Under the pieces are notes generated by a model. The model was not told the DNA's origin and made no database searches. It saw only the letters and a program-made list of their open reading frames with translations. Source: Minisyncoccota bacterium (lineage in GTDB: Bacteria; Patescibacteriota; Minisyncoccia; Phycocordibacterales; UBA9973). Taken from it: a DNA stretch of 64,000 nt. Made by a program: the position numbers and the translations under genes. Each line of letters starts with the position of its first letter. Positions within the stretch are counted from its first letter, which is position 1. Of this stretch, positions 28,801 to 37,945 are shown piece after piece. The DNA is taken from contig JBAYHR010000002.1 of assembly GCA_041666045.1 (NCBI GenBank), forward strand, positions 18,773-82,772, given 5' to 3'.

Positions 28801-29332
28801 TTTAGAAAGTATTCATTTGAGTAATTGGCCAGAATCTAATGAGATAAATTATGAAGTAATAGAAAATATGGAGCAAACTAGAAAAGTAGTTTCATTAGGG
28901 CTTGAAGCTCGTCAGAAAGCTGGATTGAAAGTGAGACAACCATTAAGTAAATTACGAATTAAAAATTACGAATTAGGAATTGAATACACAGAACTAATTA
29001 AGGACGAGTTAAATGTTAAAGAAATAGAAGAAGATAAAAATATTGAAACTGAAGTTGTTTTAGATGTAGAAATTACTCCAGAGTTAAAAATAGAAGGAGA
29101 TTATCGTGAACTTATCCGTGCTATTCAAGATATGCGTAAGAAAGCTCTATTAACGCCAAGTGATGTTATTTCTTTAATTATTGAAGCAAACGATGAAGCT
29201 AAAAAATTAATTCAAAAATTTGAAACTGAAATAAAGAAAATTGTTCTTGCTTCAGAAATAGAATTCAAAAATAATAATGGACAAGAAATTAAAATAGACG
29301 AACTTGTATTTAAAATAGAAATAATAAAATAA
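25853..29332 (+). CDS. ileS: Isoleucine--tRNA ligase (type 2) with inserted histidine-phosphatase domain
   Basis: YDGPPFATGTPHYGH, GWDCHGLP, WTTTPWTLP, KMSKS; RHG-containing insert ~27368-27930. Confidence 0.96.
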   Translation: MSENENKLAKSELAQKEERILSFWKENKIFEKSLEKEAPKGNYVFYDGPPFATGTPHYGHILGSTAKDVIGRYQTMRGFCVPRRWGWDCHGLPIENIVEKDLNISGKKAIEELGIDKFVEHARSKVLTYVGEWRKTIDRMGRWVDFDNSYKTMDNTFIESVWWALGELNKKELLYEGVRVLAYCPRCETPIANSEIAMDNSYKDITDISVYVKFKLISEENTYLLAWTTTPWTLPGNTAIAINNEINYIYVSHTPETGKEILILAKDRFDSLKDKFTNPEIIKEVKGSELVGMSYEPVFNYYKNTDLPNKENIWKVWHADFVTLDKGTGIAHEAPAFGEEDMGLAKENNIPFIRHVEPNGVFTKDVADFAGIKVKPKEDGQSTDILIIKYLAKKGKLFSKEKIIHSYPHCYRCETPLLYYALPSWFVNIQKVKNDLLKNAESINWIPSHLKEGRFKNIMESAPDWTISRNRFWASPLPIWKSESGKIMFVNGIEDLKSKVKKSGNKYFAFRHGEAENNVSKVYLEDLHGNANLTEKGKEQVLETAKNFKEKVDIIISSPFNRSKQTTKIICEEINFPFESVIYDKRIEEWKTSSIFEGQDKAIFEKYYCEDYLDKLEEVLPNAESFAQVIKRVGDFIYDIENKYSGKNILIVGHQGATRALSFLVKGLAFNDLSNKNDLLISLKNAEVREFDFVPLPHNHNYELDLHRPYIDSIVLVDEKGEEYKRIPEVVDCWFESGSMPFAQDHYPFENLDWKEKNFPAGFVAEYIAQTRTWFYYTHAISSILFNEAPFKNVVTTGTILAEDGQKMSKSKNNFPDPWILFDKYGVDALRFYLMFCPVMKGEDINFSEKSVQDISNKIINRFNNVISFYELYRDVEVEDIKARVESKNILDQWILARLDELIAQSTDGMEKYDMAQATKPFELFIEDLSTWYLRRSRDRLKDNNKEAKKVLYFVIKTLAVLMAPFTPFISEDIWQKFKKEGDLESIHLSNWPESNEINYEVIENMEQTRKVVSLGLEARQKAGLKVRQPLSKLRIKNYELGIEYTELIKDELNVKEIEEDKNIETEVVLDVEITPELKIEGDYRELIRAIQDMRKKALLTPSDVISLIIEANDEAKKLIQKFETEIKKIVLASEIEFKNNNGQEIKIDELVFKIEIIK

Positions 29333-29437
29333 AATTAACCTTGAGATAAAAAACCTTAGAAAAAGGCAATCCTATTGCAACTATTGATGATTCTAGGGAT
29401 TTATTGCAAACAATTCAGAGTGTGTTAAAATAACATT

Positions 29438-30190
29438 ATGTTAGAATTTTTTCCACAACACAAAGAAGAAGAAGAAAGACTCAAAAAAGGAGACCCAAAG
29501 GGAGATAAAAAAGGGCGTTCTTTTAGGGGTAAGCCATTTATACCAGCCAATGAAATACCAGATCCAGAATCCTATCAAAATATAGAGGAAAGAATTGATT
29601 CTAAACCAGAAGAAATAAGGAGTGAAATTTTTATACCTAAGGATACAACAAAAGAAGAATTTCTTTCTGGCTTGAAAGATGAATATCTTTTTGAGAAAAG
29701 TGGGCAAATAAGAAAAATTCTTGAAAATCAAATTAAAAAACTTGAAGAAGAAATAAAAGAGGAAGAAAATCAAGAAAAATTAAGTAATGAAAAAATGTCT
29801 AAAGAGGTTAAGTTTTTTAGGCGTGGTGACGTTGCTCATGTGGGTCCCGATGTTGAGGAAGTAAAGAATAATAATTCAGAGATTAAGGTTGAAAAGATTT
29901 TTGATGGGGGAGATAATGAAAATGAAAAAATAAAATTTAAACACGGAAAAAAATTTTTACAGAAGGTTGGAGGAACTTATCCAAGATTTTTATCAGCGAG
30001 TAAAAATTTTATATCTAATACGCCATTTTTGCGTAAAAAGTTAAAAAAAGAAAGTAAAGATAATTTAAAAACAATGCCAGCCTCAAAAAAAGAAAGAAGT
30101 GAGCGTGGTGAAATTAAAAAAGTTTTACATGATCCAAAAAATTGGGAAGAAGCTGGTAAAAAATCTGATCCAATGGATTCTATTGAGTAA
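29438..30190 (+). CDS. Highly charged hypothetical protein
   Basis: 250 aa E/K-rich ORF with an extended -10 box 6 nt before the ATG. Confidence 0.7.
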   Translation: MLEFFPQHKEEEERLKKGDPKGDKKGRSFRGKPFIPANEIPDPESYQNIEERIDSKPEEIRSEIFIPKDTTKEEFLSGLKDEYLFEKSGQIRKILENQIKKLEEEIKEEENQEKLSNEKMSKEVKFFRRGDVAHVGPDVEEVKNNNSEIKVEKIFDGGDNENEKIKFKHGKKFLQKVGGTYPRFLSASKNFISNTPFLRKKLKKESKDNLKTMPASKKERSERGEIKKVLHDPKNWEEAGKKSDPMDSIE

Positions 30191-30208
30191 TAATAAAAAA
30201 TTATAATA

Positions 30209-30994
30209 ATGCAAAAGTTTTCTATAAAAAATAGAAAAGATTTAAATATAATAGGAAATATTTTAATTCCTAAAAACTCAAAAGGTTTGTCTTTTGTAAT
30301 GCATGGATTAGGTGGATATAAAGAAGAACTTCATATAACTTTAATTGCTAACACTCTTTTTGAAAACAATTATGTTGTTATAAACTTTGATGGAACAAAC
30401 TCAAGAGGAGAAAGTGGTGGAAAATACGAAGACGCAACAATGGAAAAACACTATGAAGATTTAGTTGATGTTATCAATTGGGCAAAAACACAAACTTGGT
30501 ATAAAGAACCTTTTATTTTAGCTGGTCATAGCATGGGTGGGTATGCTGTTGCAAGATATGCAGAAGAATTTCCCCTAGAAGTCAAAGGTGTATTTCCATT
30601 TGGTGCTGTTTTTTCTGGGAAAGACTGTTTTGAAACATATAAAAAACTAAGAACCGAAGAACTTAATGATTGGAAAGAAAAAGGTTGGACATATAGGACA
30701 AGTAAATCAAAGCCAGAATTTGAAATGAAACTCCCATGGTCTCATATGGAAGAAAGATTGAAGCATGATTTAAAACCAAGGGCAGATAAAATTACTATGC
30801 CAATATTATTGGTTGCGGGAGAAAATGATACAAGCTGTCCATCAAGTGATCAAAAGAAATTCTATGATTTACTTCCAGAAAATACTACAAAAGAATTTCA
30901 TATTGTAAAAGGAGTTGGTCATGTATTTCGCGAACCTCAACATTTAAATGAATTAAAAGAAATTTTTGATAATTGGTTAAAAAATTTAAATTAA
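30209..30994 (+). CDS. Alpha/beta hydrolase
   Basis: HGLGG, GHSMGG nucleophile elbow, GEND, GH. Confidence 0.92.
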   Translation: MQKFSIKNRKDLNIIGNILIPKNSKGLSFVMHGLGGYKEELHITLIANTLFENNYVVINFDGTNSRGESGGKYEDATMEKHYEDLVDVINWAKTQTWYKEPFILAGHSMGGYAVARYAEEFPLEVKGVFPFGAVFSGKDCFETYKKLRTEELNDWKEKGWTYRTSKSKPEFEMKLPWSHMEERLKHDLKPRADKITMPILLVAGENDTSCPSSDQKKFYDLLPENTTKEFHIVKGVGHVFREPQHLNELKEIFDNWLKNLN

Positions 30995-30998
30995 AATT

Positions 30999-31646
30999 AT
31001 GAAAATAAAAAAATTAGGGCATTGTTGTTTAGTAATAGAAGAAAATAGTAAAAGAATAATGATTGATCCAGGTAAATATACTACCACTTTTCAAAATGAA
31101 GAAAAAAATATTGATTATATTTTTATAACTCATGAACATTCAGATCATATTCATGTTGATTCTTTAAAAGTTATATTAAAAAATAATCCAAATGTTGAAA
31201 TAATTACAAATGTTTCTGTCGGTAAAATACTAGATAAGGAAGAAATTAAATATTTTTTAATAGAAGAAGGGCAAGAAAAAATTATTGGAGGTGATATTTT
31301 AATTTGTGGTGTTGGAAAATTACATAAAGGAGTTTACGAAGGTATTCCAAGAGTAGAGAATATTGGTTTTACGATAAATGATAAATTTTTCTATCCAGGA
31401 GATGCTTTAGAGAATCCTAAGAAGCAAATAGAGATTGTTGCTTTTCCTGTTGTTGGTAGTTGGTTAAAATTGAGCGGAGCAATTGATTGGTTAAAAGAAT
31501 TAAAACCAAAAATTGCATTTCCTGTTCATGATGGGATTATAAACGAATATGGTAAAAATGCTTTTTTAAAAAATAGTGAAAAAATTCTTTCCAATACTAA
31601 TATTGAGTTTAAAGTTTTGGAAGAAAATAAAGAAGAATTTTTTTAA
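30999..31646 (+). CDS. Metallo-beta-lactamase-fold hydrolase
   Basis: LGHCC, IDPG, THEHSDH, YPGD, PVHD. Confidence 0.92.
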   Translation: MKIKKLGHCCLVIEENSKRIMIDPGKYTTTFQNEEKNIDYIFITHEHSDHIHVDSLKVILKNNPNVEIITNVSVGKILDKEEIKYFLIEEGQEKIIGGDILICGVGKLHKGVYEGIPRVENIGFTINDKFFYPGDALENPKKQIEIVAFPVVGSWLKLSGAIDWLKELKPKIAFPVHDGIINEYGKNAFLKNSEKILSNTNIEFKVLEENKEEFF

Positions 31647-31690
31647 TTATTACTAATAAGCTAAAAGCTAATAACTATAAGCTATTCCAA

Positions 31691-32272
31691 ATGCACCACA
31701 TTTATCACACAGAGGCTTTAATATTAGGAAGTAAAAGCTTTGGGGAAGCCGGTAAGTATTATTTTCTTTTTACTCGTGACTTAGGGATGATATATGCATC
31801 TGCGCAGGGAATAAGAAAAATATCTTCCAAACTTCGTTTTGTATTACAAGATTTTTCTTATGTAAAAATTGATCTTGTTCGTGGAAAAGATTTTTGGCGC
31901 ATAACTAGCGCGTCTAAAACAAACGAACTTGAAAATATTTCTAAAAAAAGAGAAACACTAGAAGTTTTTGCTAATTTATCTCAACTACTAAAACGTTTAT
32001 TAGTTGGAGAAGAATCAAATGGAATTTTATTTACTGATTTATTAAATGGTTTATTTGTTTTAGAAAAATCTGAAACTATAGAGGAAATTCGTAATATTGA
32101 AGCAATAGTTGTTTTACGAATGCTTAGTAATCTGGGATATATTGGTGGAAGTGAAGTTTTGAAGGAATTTATAAAATCTCCATTTGAAGAGAATTTAATA
32201 TTTGAAGTAGGGAAAAGCCGTGGAAAGATTCTTTCCGAGATAAACAAGGCTTTAAGAGAAAGTCACTTGTAA
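31691..32272 (+). CDS. recO: DNA repair protein RecO (short form)
   Basis: TEALIL...GEA...FTRDLG...AQGIRK..SKL N-terminal OB-fold signature. Confidence 0.85.
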   Translation: MHHIYHTEALILGSKSFGEAGKYYFLFTRDLGMIYASAQGIRKISSKLRFVLQDFSYVKIDLVRGKDFWRITSASKTNELENISKKRETLEVFANLSQLLKRLLVGEESNGILFTDLLNGLFVLEKSETIEEIRNIEAIVVLRMLSNLGYIGGSEVLKEFIKSPFEENLIFEVGKSRGKILSEINKALRESHL

Positions 32273-32327
32273 ATTGCCTGTCCCGTCAGAGATTTCTTAA
32301 TCTCGTTCGGGATGATATAATTACAGG

Positions 32328-34256
32328 ATGCCAATAGGTGATAGAGAAAAATTAAACAGACTTGAGGAATTGAAAAGTAAACTATTTAGTAGAAATTATA
32401 AAATGCCAGATCTAACCCATGGCGGATTTTCTCGCGGGCTAAAGAAAGATGTTCCAGATTCTTGGGCTACTAAAGAAGAAGAAAAAAAGCTTGAAGAAAA
32501 ATTTTATATGAAAACATCTATGTTTAAGAAATTCTTTATTTTCTCAATAGTCTTTTTTGTTTTAGCTTTGGGTTTTGCGCTTTATATGTTTTTGGGAGGA
32601 GGCAATACTGTTTCAAATAATAATATTGATATTTCTATATTGGGAAATGCATTTACTGCAGGAGGAGAAGAATTGCCATTACAAATTGAAATAATAAATA
32701 AAAATAATTCTCCACTTGAACTAGCTGATCTTTTAGTAGAATATCCAAAAGGTTCATCTGTTGATTTGTCGCAAGATGCAGAACGTTTGCGTAGTTCATT
32801 AGGAACAATTCCAGCAGGTGGAGTACGAAATGAAAATGTGAAAGTTGTATTATTTGGAGAGCAAGGCAGTATAAAACCGTTAAAAATTTCTCTTGAATAT
32901 AGAATACAAGGTTCTAATGCTATTTTCGTTAAAGAAAAACTGTACGAAGTAACAATAAGTTCTGCACCCATAAATCTTTTAGTTGATGCTCCGACAGAAG
33001 TAAGTCCAAATCAGGATTTGGTTTTAAATGTTAAATCTATTTTAAATGCTACAAAAGCTGCATCAAAAATACTTCTTAAACTTGATTATCCAGTTGGATT
33101 TGAATTTACATCTTCAAATCCAGCACCGTCTTTTGGCAATAATGTCTGGAATCTTGGAGATCTTGCCCCGGGGACAGAACGTGATATTTCTATTGTTGGC
33201 AAAATGGTTGATGTTTACGATGGTGAAGAAAAAACATTTCATGTATTTAGTGGATCACAAAGTGATTCTGATAAATCAGTGATTGGTGTAGTGTTTAATT
33301 CTTTAGGTCATACAGTTATGATAAAAAAACCTTTCATTGAAGCAAAGCTTTATGTGAATGGTGTTTATCAAAGAGAATATGCCACAGATACAAAAACTCC
33401 AATACAAGGTGAAATTCGTTGGGTAAATAATTTAGAAACAAAAATAAATGATTTGGAAATTCGCGCAAAAATTTTAGGTAATGCAGTAGATAGAAAAACA
33501 ATTTCCGCGCAACAAGGATTTTATAATTCTTCAATAGACACAATAATTTGGGATAGAAATTCTTTAAGTCAATTTGAAGAAGTAAATCCTGGAGATTCTG
33601 GATCTGTTGGTTTCTCTGTATCTCCAGTTTCATTATTTTCAGGAAGCGGGGGAATGTTGTCTAATCCATCAGTAACCATAGAAGTTTCCATAGCTGGCAA
33701 ACAACCACTTGAAGGTAATGCGGTAAAAGTATTAAATAATTCAGAATCAAAAATAATAAGAATTACTTCTGACGTTGGACTTGCCACAAAAGCACTTTAT
33801 TATTCTGGACCTTTTACAAATACTGGGTCTATTCCACCAAAAGTAGAACAAGAAACTACTTATACTATTACGTGGTCTCTTTCTAATTCTGCAAATAATA
33901 TTTCAAAAGCTAAAATAAATTCTACGCTTCCTTCATGGGTTAGATTTATGAATGCAATTTCTCCTTCTACTGAAGATTTAACATATAATGCTTCTACAAA
34001 AGAAATAGTTTGGAATATTGGGGCTATTCCAAAGGGTGTAGGGATAACAGGTGGAGAGAGAGAAGTTTCTTTCCAAATTGCTTTAACACCTTCACTTTCA
34101 CAAGTTGGAACCGCTCCTGTGATAATAAATGATGCAGTTTTGACCGGACACGATGATTTTGCTAATGTAGATGTACGGGTAAATAAATCTTCTTTAAATA
34201 CTCGTCTTTCGAATGATTCTCTTTTTTCAACTACTGGAGATAGAGTTATAAATTAA
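32328..34256 (+). CDS. Membrane-anchored multi-Ig-like-domain protein
   Basis: One TM near aa 65-90, then beta-rich repeats (WNLGDLAPG, IIWD, IVWNIG). Confidence 0.8.
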   Translation: MPIGDREKLNRLEELKSKLFSRNYKMPDLTHGGFSRGLKKDVPDSWATKEEEKKLEEKFYMKTSMFKKFFIFSIVFFVLALGFALYMFLGGGNTVSNNNIDISILGNAFTAGGEELPLQIEIINKNNSPLELADLLVEYPKGSSVDLSQDAERLRSSLGTIPAGGVRNENVKVVLFGEQGSIKPLKISLEYRIQGSNAIFVKEKLYEVTISSAPINLLVDAPTEVSPNQDLVLNVKSILNATKAASKILLKLDYPVGFEFTSSNPAPSFGNNVWNLGDLAPGTERDISIVGKMVDVYDGEEKTFHVFSGSQSDSDKSVIGVVFNSLGHTVMIKKPFIEAKLYVNGVYQREYATDTKTPIQGEIRWVNNLETKINDLEIRAKILGNAVDRKTISAQQGFYNSSIDTIIWDRNSLSQFEEVNPGDSGSVGFSVSPVSLFSGSGGMLSNPSVTIEVSIAGKQPLEGNAVKVLNNSESKIIRITSDVGLATKALYYSGPFTNTGSIPPKVEQETTYTITWSLSNSANNISKAKINSTLPSWVRFMNAISPSTEDLTYNASTKEIVWNIGAIPKGVGITGGEREVSFQIALTPSLSQVGTAPVIINDAVLTGHDDFANVDVRVNKSSLNTRLSNDSLFSTTGDRVIN

Positions 34257-34261
34257 ATTAT

Positions 34262-35569
34262 ATGTCAGAAAAAAATATAGAAAATGATTTGATGGAAAAA
34301 ATAGTTTCTCTTTGCAAGAGAAGAGGTTTTATTTTTCTTGGTTCTGAAATTTATGGCGGGCTAGCTGGGACTTACGACTGGGGGCATTTTGGTTTAGCTC
34401 TAAAAAATAATATAAAAAATTCTTGGTGGAAAAAATTTGTAGATTCACGCCGTGATATGTATGGAATTGATTCTGCAATTTTAATGCGACAAGAAGTGTG
34501 GCAAAAGGCAGGACACGTAGAGAATTTTGCTGACCCTATGGTTGAGTGCGAAAAGTGCAAGAAAAGATTTCGCGCTGATCAAATAGAGGATAAAAATAAA
34601 TGCGCTGATTGCGGTGGAAAATTAAGTGAAGCAAAACAATTCAATATGATGTTTGCGACGAAAGTCGGAGTGTCTGAAGATTCTTCGGCTATTTCATATC
34701 TTCGTCCAGAAACTGCACAAGGTATGTTTGTAAATTTTAAAAATACAGTAGATGCTTTTCATCCTAAACTTCCTTTCGGTTTGGCTCAAATCGGTAAAGC
34801 ATTTCGTAATGAAATAACTCCAAGAGATTTTATTTTCCGTGTTCGTGAATTTGAGCAAATGGAAATAGAATATTTTGTGCGTGCTGAAGATTGGGAAAAA
34901 TATTTTGAATATTGGAAAGATGAAATGGAAGAATGGATGGAAGAAGTAGGTATCGATATGAATAAAGTTCATGATATTGATATTGCAAAAGAAGATCTCG
35001 CGCATTATTCAAAAAGAACAACAGATTTTGAATTTGAATATCCTTTCGGGCAGAAAGAACTTTTTGGCCTTGCATACAGAACAGATTTTGATTTAACAAC
35101 TCACAAGATTGATTTTATTGATGAAGAAAAAGGAGAAAAAATAGTTCCTCATGTTATAGAGCCATCATTTGGATTGGATCGTTCAGTATTAGCATTACTT
35201 CTTTCAGCTTATTGTGAAGAAGAAAAAGATGGGGAAGTGCGTTCATATCTTAAATTTAAACCTTCTATCGCGCCAGTTATTTGTGCGGTTTCACCTTTAC
35301 TTAAAAATAAGCCTGAGCTTGTGGAATATGCTAATACAAAAGTTTTTGCTCTACTCAAAACAGAATTTGGACGTGTGATTTGGGATGATAATGGAAATAT
35401 TGGAAAGCGTTATCGTAGACAAGATGAAATCGGTACACCATTTTGTATAGTAGTTGATTTTGATACTTTGGAAGATGATATTGTCACAGTTCGTGATCGT
35501 GATACTGGTAAGCAGGAAAGAATAAAAGTAGAAGAATTAAAGAATTATATTAAAGAGAAAATAAACTAA
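34262..35569 (+). CDS. glyS: Glycine--tRNA ligase, homodimeric type
   Basis: CKRRGF...SEIYGG, YLRPETAQG, FRNEITPR, REFEQMEIE, IEPSFG, IGKRYRRQDEIGTP. Confidence 0.97.
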   Translation: MSEKNIENDLMEKIVSLCKRRGFIFLGSEIYGGLAGTYDWGHFGLALKNNIKNSWWKKFVDSRRDMYGIDSAILMRQEVWQKAGHVENFADPMVECEKCKKRFRADQIEDKNKCADCGGKLSEAKQFNMMFATKVGVSEDSSAISYLRPETAQGMFVNFKNTVDAFHPKLPFGLAQIGKAFRNEITPRDFIFRVREFEQMEIEYFVRAEDWEKYFEYWKDEMEEWMEEVGIDMNKVHDIDIAKEDLAHYSKRTTDFEFEYPFGQKELFGLAYRTDFDLTTHKIDFIDEEKGEKIVPHVIEPSFGLDRSVLALLLSAYCEEEKDGEVRSYLKFKPSIAPVICAVSPLLKNKPELVEYANTKVFALLKTEFGRVIWDDNGNIGKRYRRQDEIGTPFCIVVDFDTLEDDIVTVRDRDTGKQERIKVEELKNYIKEKIN

Positions 35570-36838
35570 ATGAAATTTACAAAAAAGGTTTTACATAATG
35601 GACTTCGAGTTATCACTGTACCAATGAAAGATAATCCTACTGCTACAGTTTTGGTGCTTGTGGAAGCAGGTTCTAAATACGAAACAAAAAAGATAAATGG
35701 TTTGTCTCATTTTCTCGAACATATGTGTTTTAAGGGCACAATTAAAAGACCTAAGGCAATTGATATTTCTAAGGAATTAGATGCAATAGGAAGCCAATAT
35801 AACGCTTTTACAGCCCAAGAATATACAGGTTACTATGCGAAATCAGACGCAAAGCACTTCAAGCAGATTTTTGATATTGTTTCAGATATTTATTTGAATT
35901 CCACTTTTCCAGAAGCTGAAATGCAGAAAGAAAAAGGAGTGATTATTGAAGAAATAAATATGTATGAAGACTTACCAAATCGTCATGTGCAAGATTTGAT
36001 GATGGAGCTTTTGTATGGCGATCAACCAGCAGGATGGAATATAGCAGGAGACAAAAAAAATATTTTAAATATGAAGCGTGATGATTTCGTTAGTTATAAA
36101 AAAATGCATTATCTTCCAGAAGCTACAGTGATAATAGTCGCAGGGCAGGTGACAGAAAAGGAAGTTTTAAAACAAGTTAAAAAAGTTTTTGGGAAAGTTT
36201 CTCGTGGTAAAAAATCTCCAAAAGTTAAAGTAAAAGAAAAACAAATAAAACCAGAAGTATTGTTGAAATTTAAAAAGACAGATCAAACACATTTTGTTTT
36301 AGCAAATCGCACTTATGATTTATTTAATAAGAAAAATGCAGAGCTTGTTGTGCTTGGTGGAATACTCGGTGGTGGGATGAGTTCAAGATTATTTCAAAAG
36401 CTTCGTGAAGAAATGGGAGTAGGTTATTATGTTCGTGCTTATGATGATGCTTATACTGATCATGGATTTTTTCAAGTATCTGCTGGTGTAGATAATAAAA
36501 GAATTTACGAAGTTATAGATGCGGTGTTAGAAGAATGTAAAAAACTTAAGAATGAAAAAGTAACTGAAGATGAATTAAATAAAGTTAAAGAATGTTTGAT
36601 AGGCAATATGAAGCTCTCTCTTGAATCTAGTGATGATATTGCGAACTTTTATGGTGGACAAGAGTTATTAAAGAAAGAAATAAAAAATGCTGAAGAAAAA
36701 GCTAAAGAGATAAGGAAAGTGACAGCAGATCAAATACAGAAAGTGGCAAAAGATATTTTTAATGATAAAAAACTCAACCTTGCAATAATTGGACCTTTTA
36801 AAGATAAAACAAAATTCTCAAAGATATTAAAATTGTAG
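35570..36838 (+). CDS. M16 family zinc peptidase
   Basis: HFLEH inverted zincin motif, NAFT, GGGMSSRLF. Confidence 0.95.
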   Translation: MKFTKKVLHNGLRVITVPMKDNPTATVLVLVEAGSKYETKKINGLSHFLEHMCFKGTIKRPKAIDISKELDAIGSQYNAFTAQEYTGYYAKSDAKHFKQIFDIVSDIYLNSTFPEAEMQKEKGVIIEEINMYEDLPNRHVQDLMMELLYGDQPAGWNIAGDKKNILNMKRDDFVSYKKMHYLPEATVIIVAGQVTEKEVLKQVKKVFGKVSRGKKSPKVKVKEKQIKPEVLLKFKKTDQTHFVLANRTYDLFNKKNAELVVLGGILGGGMSSRLFQKLREEMGVGYYVRAYDDAYTDHGFFQVSAGVDNKRIYEVIDAVLEECKKLKNEKVTEDELNKVKECLIGNMKLSLESSDDIANFYGGQELLKKEIKNAEEKAKEIRKVTADQIQKVAKDIFNDKKLNLAIIGPFKDKTKFSKILKL

Positions 36839-36868
36839 AACTGAGTATTTTTGTGTTATTATACTTTT

Positions 36869-37945
36869 ATGAAGGAAAAAGATAATGTTTCATCTATTTC
36901 AATATCAAACGGGTCAATAATCCGCGTATTTTTAATCGTGCTTGGATTCTTTTTGATTTATGTTTTGCGAGATATGGTGCTCGTTATTCTTACTTCTATC
37001 GTGATAGCTTCTTTTGTTGAGTCCGCAATTCCTTATTTTAGAAAAATAAGAATGGGTAGAGTTATGGGGGTGGCAATTTTATACATTGTTTCAATTAGTG
37101 TATTAGCAGGATTATTTTATCTTTTTGCTCCTCTTTTAATAACAGAAATTTATAATTTTGCTGTATTTATTTCTTCTTATGCTCCGGGGGTTGATTTTTT
37201 GAATTATTTCCAAAATGATGTATTTTCTGGCGCTAAAGATATTGTTGCGAATTTATCTGGTAATTTTTCACTTGATACTTTGCTTTTAGCATCAAAAGCA
37301 TTTATTTCAAATCTTTCAGGTGGATTCTTTACGACAGTATCAGTAGCATTCGGCAGTATTTTCAACTTTGTATTAATTATTATTATTTCTTTTTATCTTT
37401 CAATTCAAGAAAAGGGAATAGAGAATTTTTTGCGAATTATTTTGCCTATAAAACACGAAGATTATATTGTTAATTTATGGGAACGTTCAAGTAGAAAAAT
37501 TGGTCTTTGGATGAAAGGTCAAATGCTTCTTGGTATTTTGGTTGGAGTTTTGATTTATCTAGTGCTTTCACTTTTAGGAATTCAATACGCGCTTCTTTTA
37601 GCTATAATTGCCGGAATAATGGAAATGGTGCCTTATGGTATTTTGATTGCTCTTGTGCCAGCAATTTCCTTTTCTTTTCTTTCAGGAGGAATGTCTAGCG
37701 CATTGATGGTTGGTGGAGCATATTTAATAATTCACCAATTTGAAGTTTTCTTATTTAATCCTCTTATTGTAAAGAGAGTCGTAGGGCTTTCTCCACTTGT
37801 GGTAATTTTGTCTGTTTTGATAGGTTTTGAGCTTGCTGGTTTCTGGGGAATAGTGCTCGCTATTCCAACTGCAGTGGTCCTTATGGAATTTTTGGGTGAT
37901 ATAGAAAAGGATAAGATTTTCAGTAAAATAAAAAATGAAAAATAG
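36869..37945 (+). CDS. AI-2E family transporter
   Basis: Multi-TM; VPYG, GLSPLVVILSVLIG, GFWGIVLAIP; ATG 36869. Confidence 0.9.
   Translation: MKEKDNVSSISISNGSIIRVFLIVLGFFLIYVLRDMVLVILTSIVIASFVESAIPYFRKIRMGRVMGVAILYIVSISVLAGLFYLFAPLLITEIYNFAVFISSYAPGVDFLNYFQNDVFSGAKDIVANLSGNFSLDTLLLASKAFISNLSGGFFTTVSVAFGSIFNFVLIIIISFYLSIQEKGIENFLRIILPIKHEDYIVNLWERSSRKIGLWMKGQMLLGILVGVLIYLVLSLLGIQYALLLAIIAGIMEMVPYGILIALVPAISFSFLSGGMSSALMVGGAYLIIHQFEVFLFNPLIVKRVVGLSPLVVILSVLIGFELAGFWGIVLAIPTAVVLMEFLGDIEKDKIFSKIKNEK

Noticed and set aside
29354-29400. CCTTAGAA...TTCTAGGGAT hairpin resembling the start-codon element
   Set aside because: Arms are too degenerate and not adjacent to an ATG; more likely an ileS 3' structure.
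35312-35326. CCTGAGCTTGTGGAA in glyS resembling the CCTGAG-N4-GYCGAAGG repeat
   Set aside because: Encodes KNKPELVE, which appears native to this GlyRS anticodon-binding domain, and lacks the closing CGAAGG.
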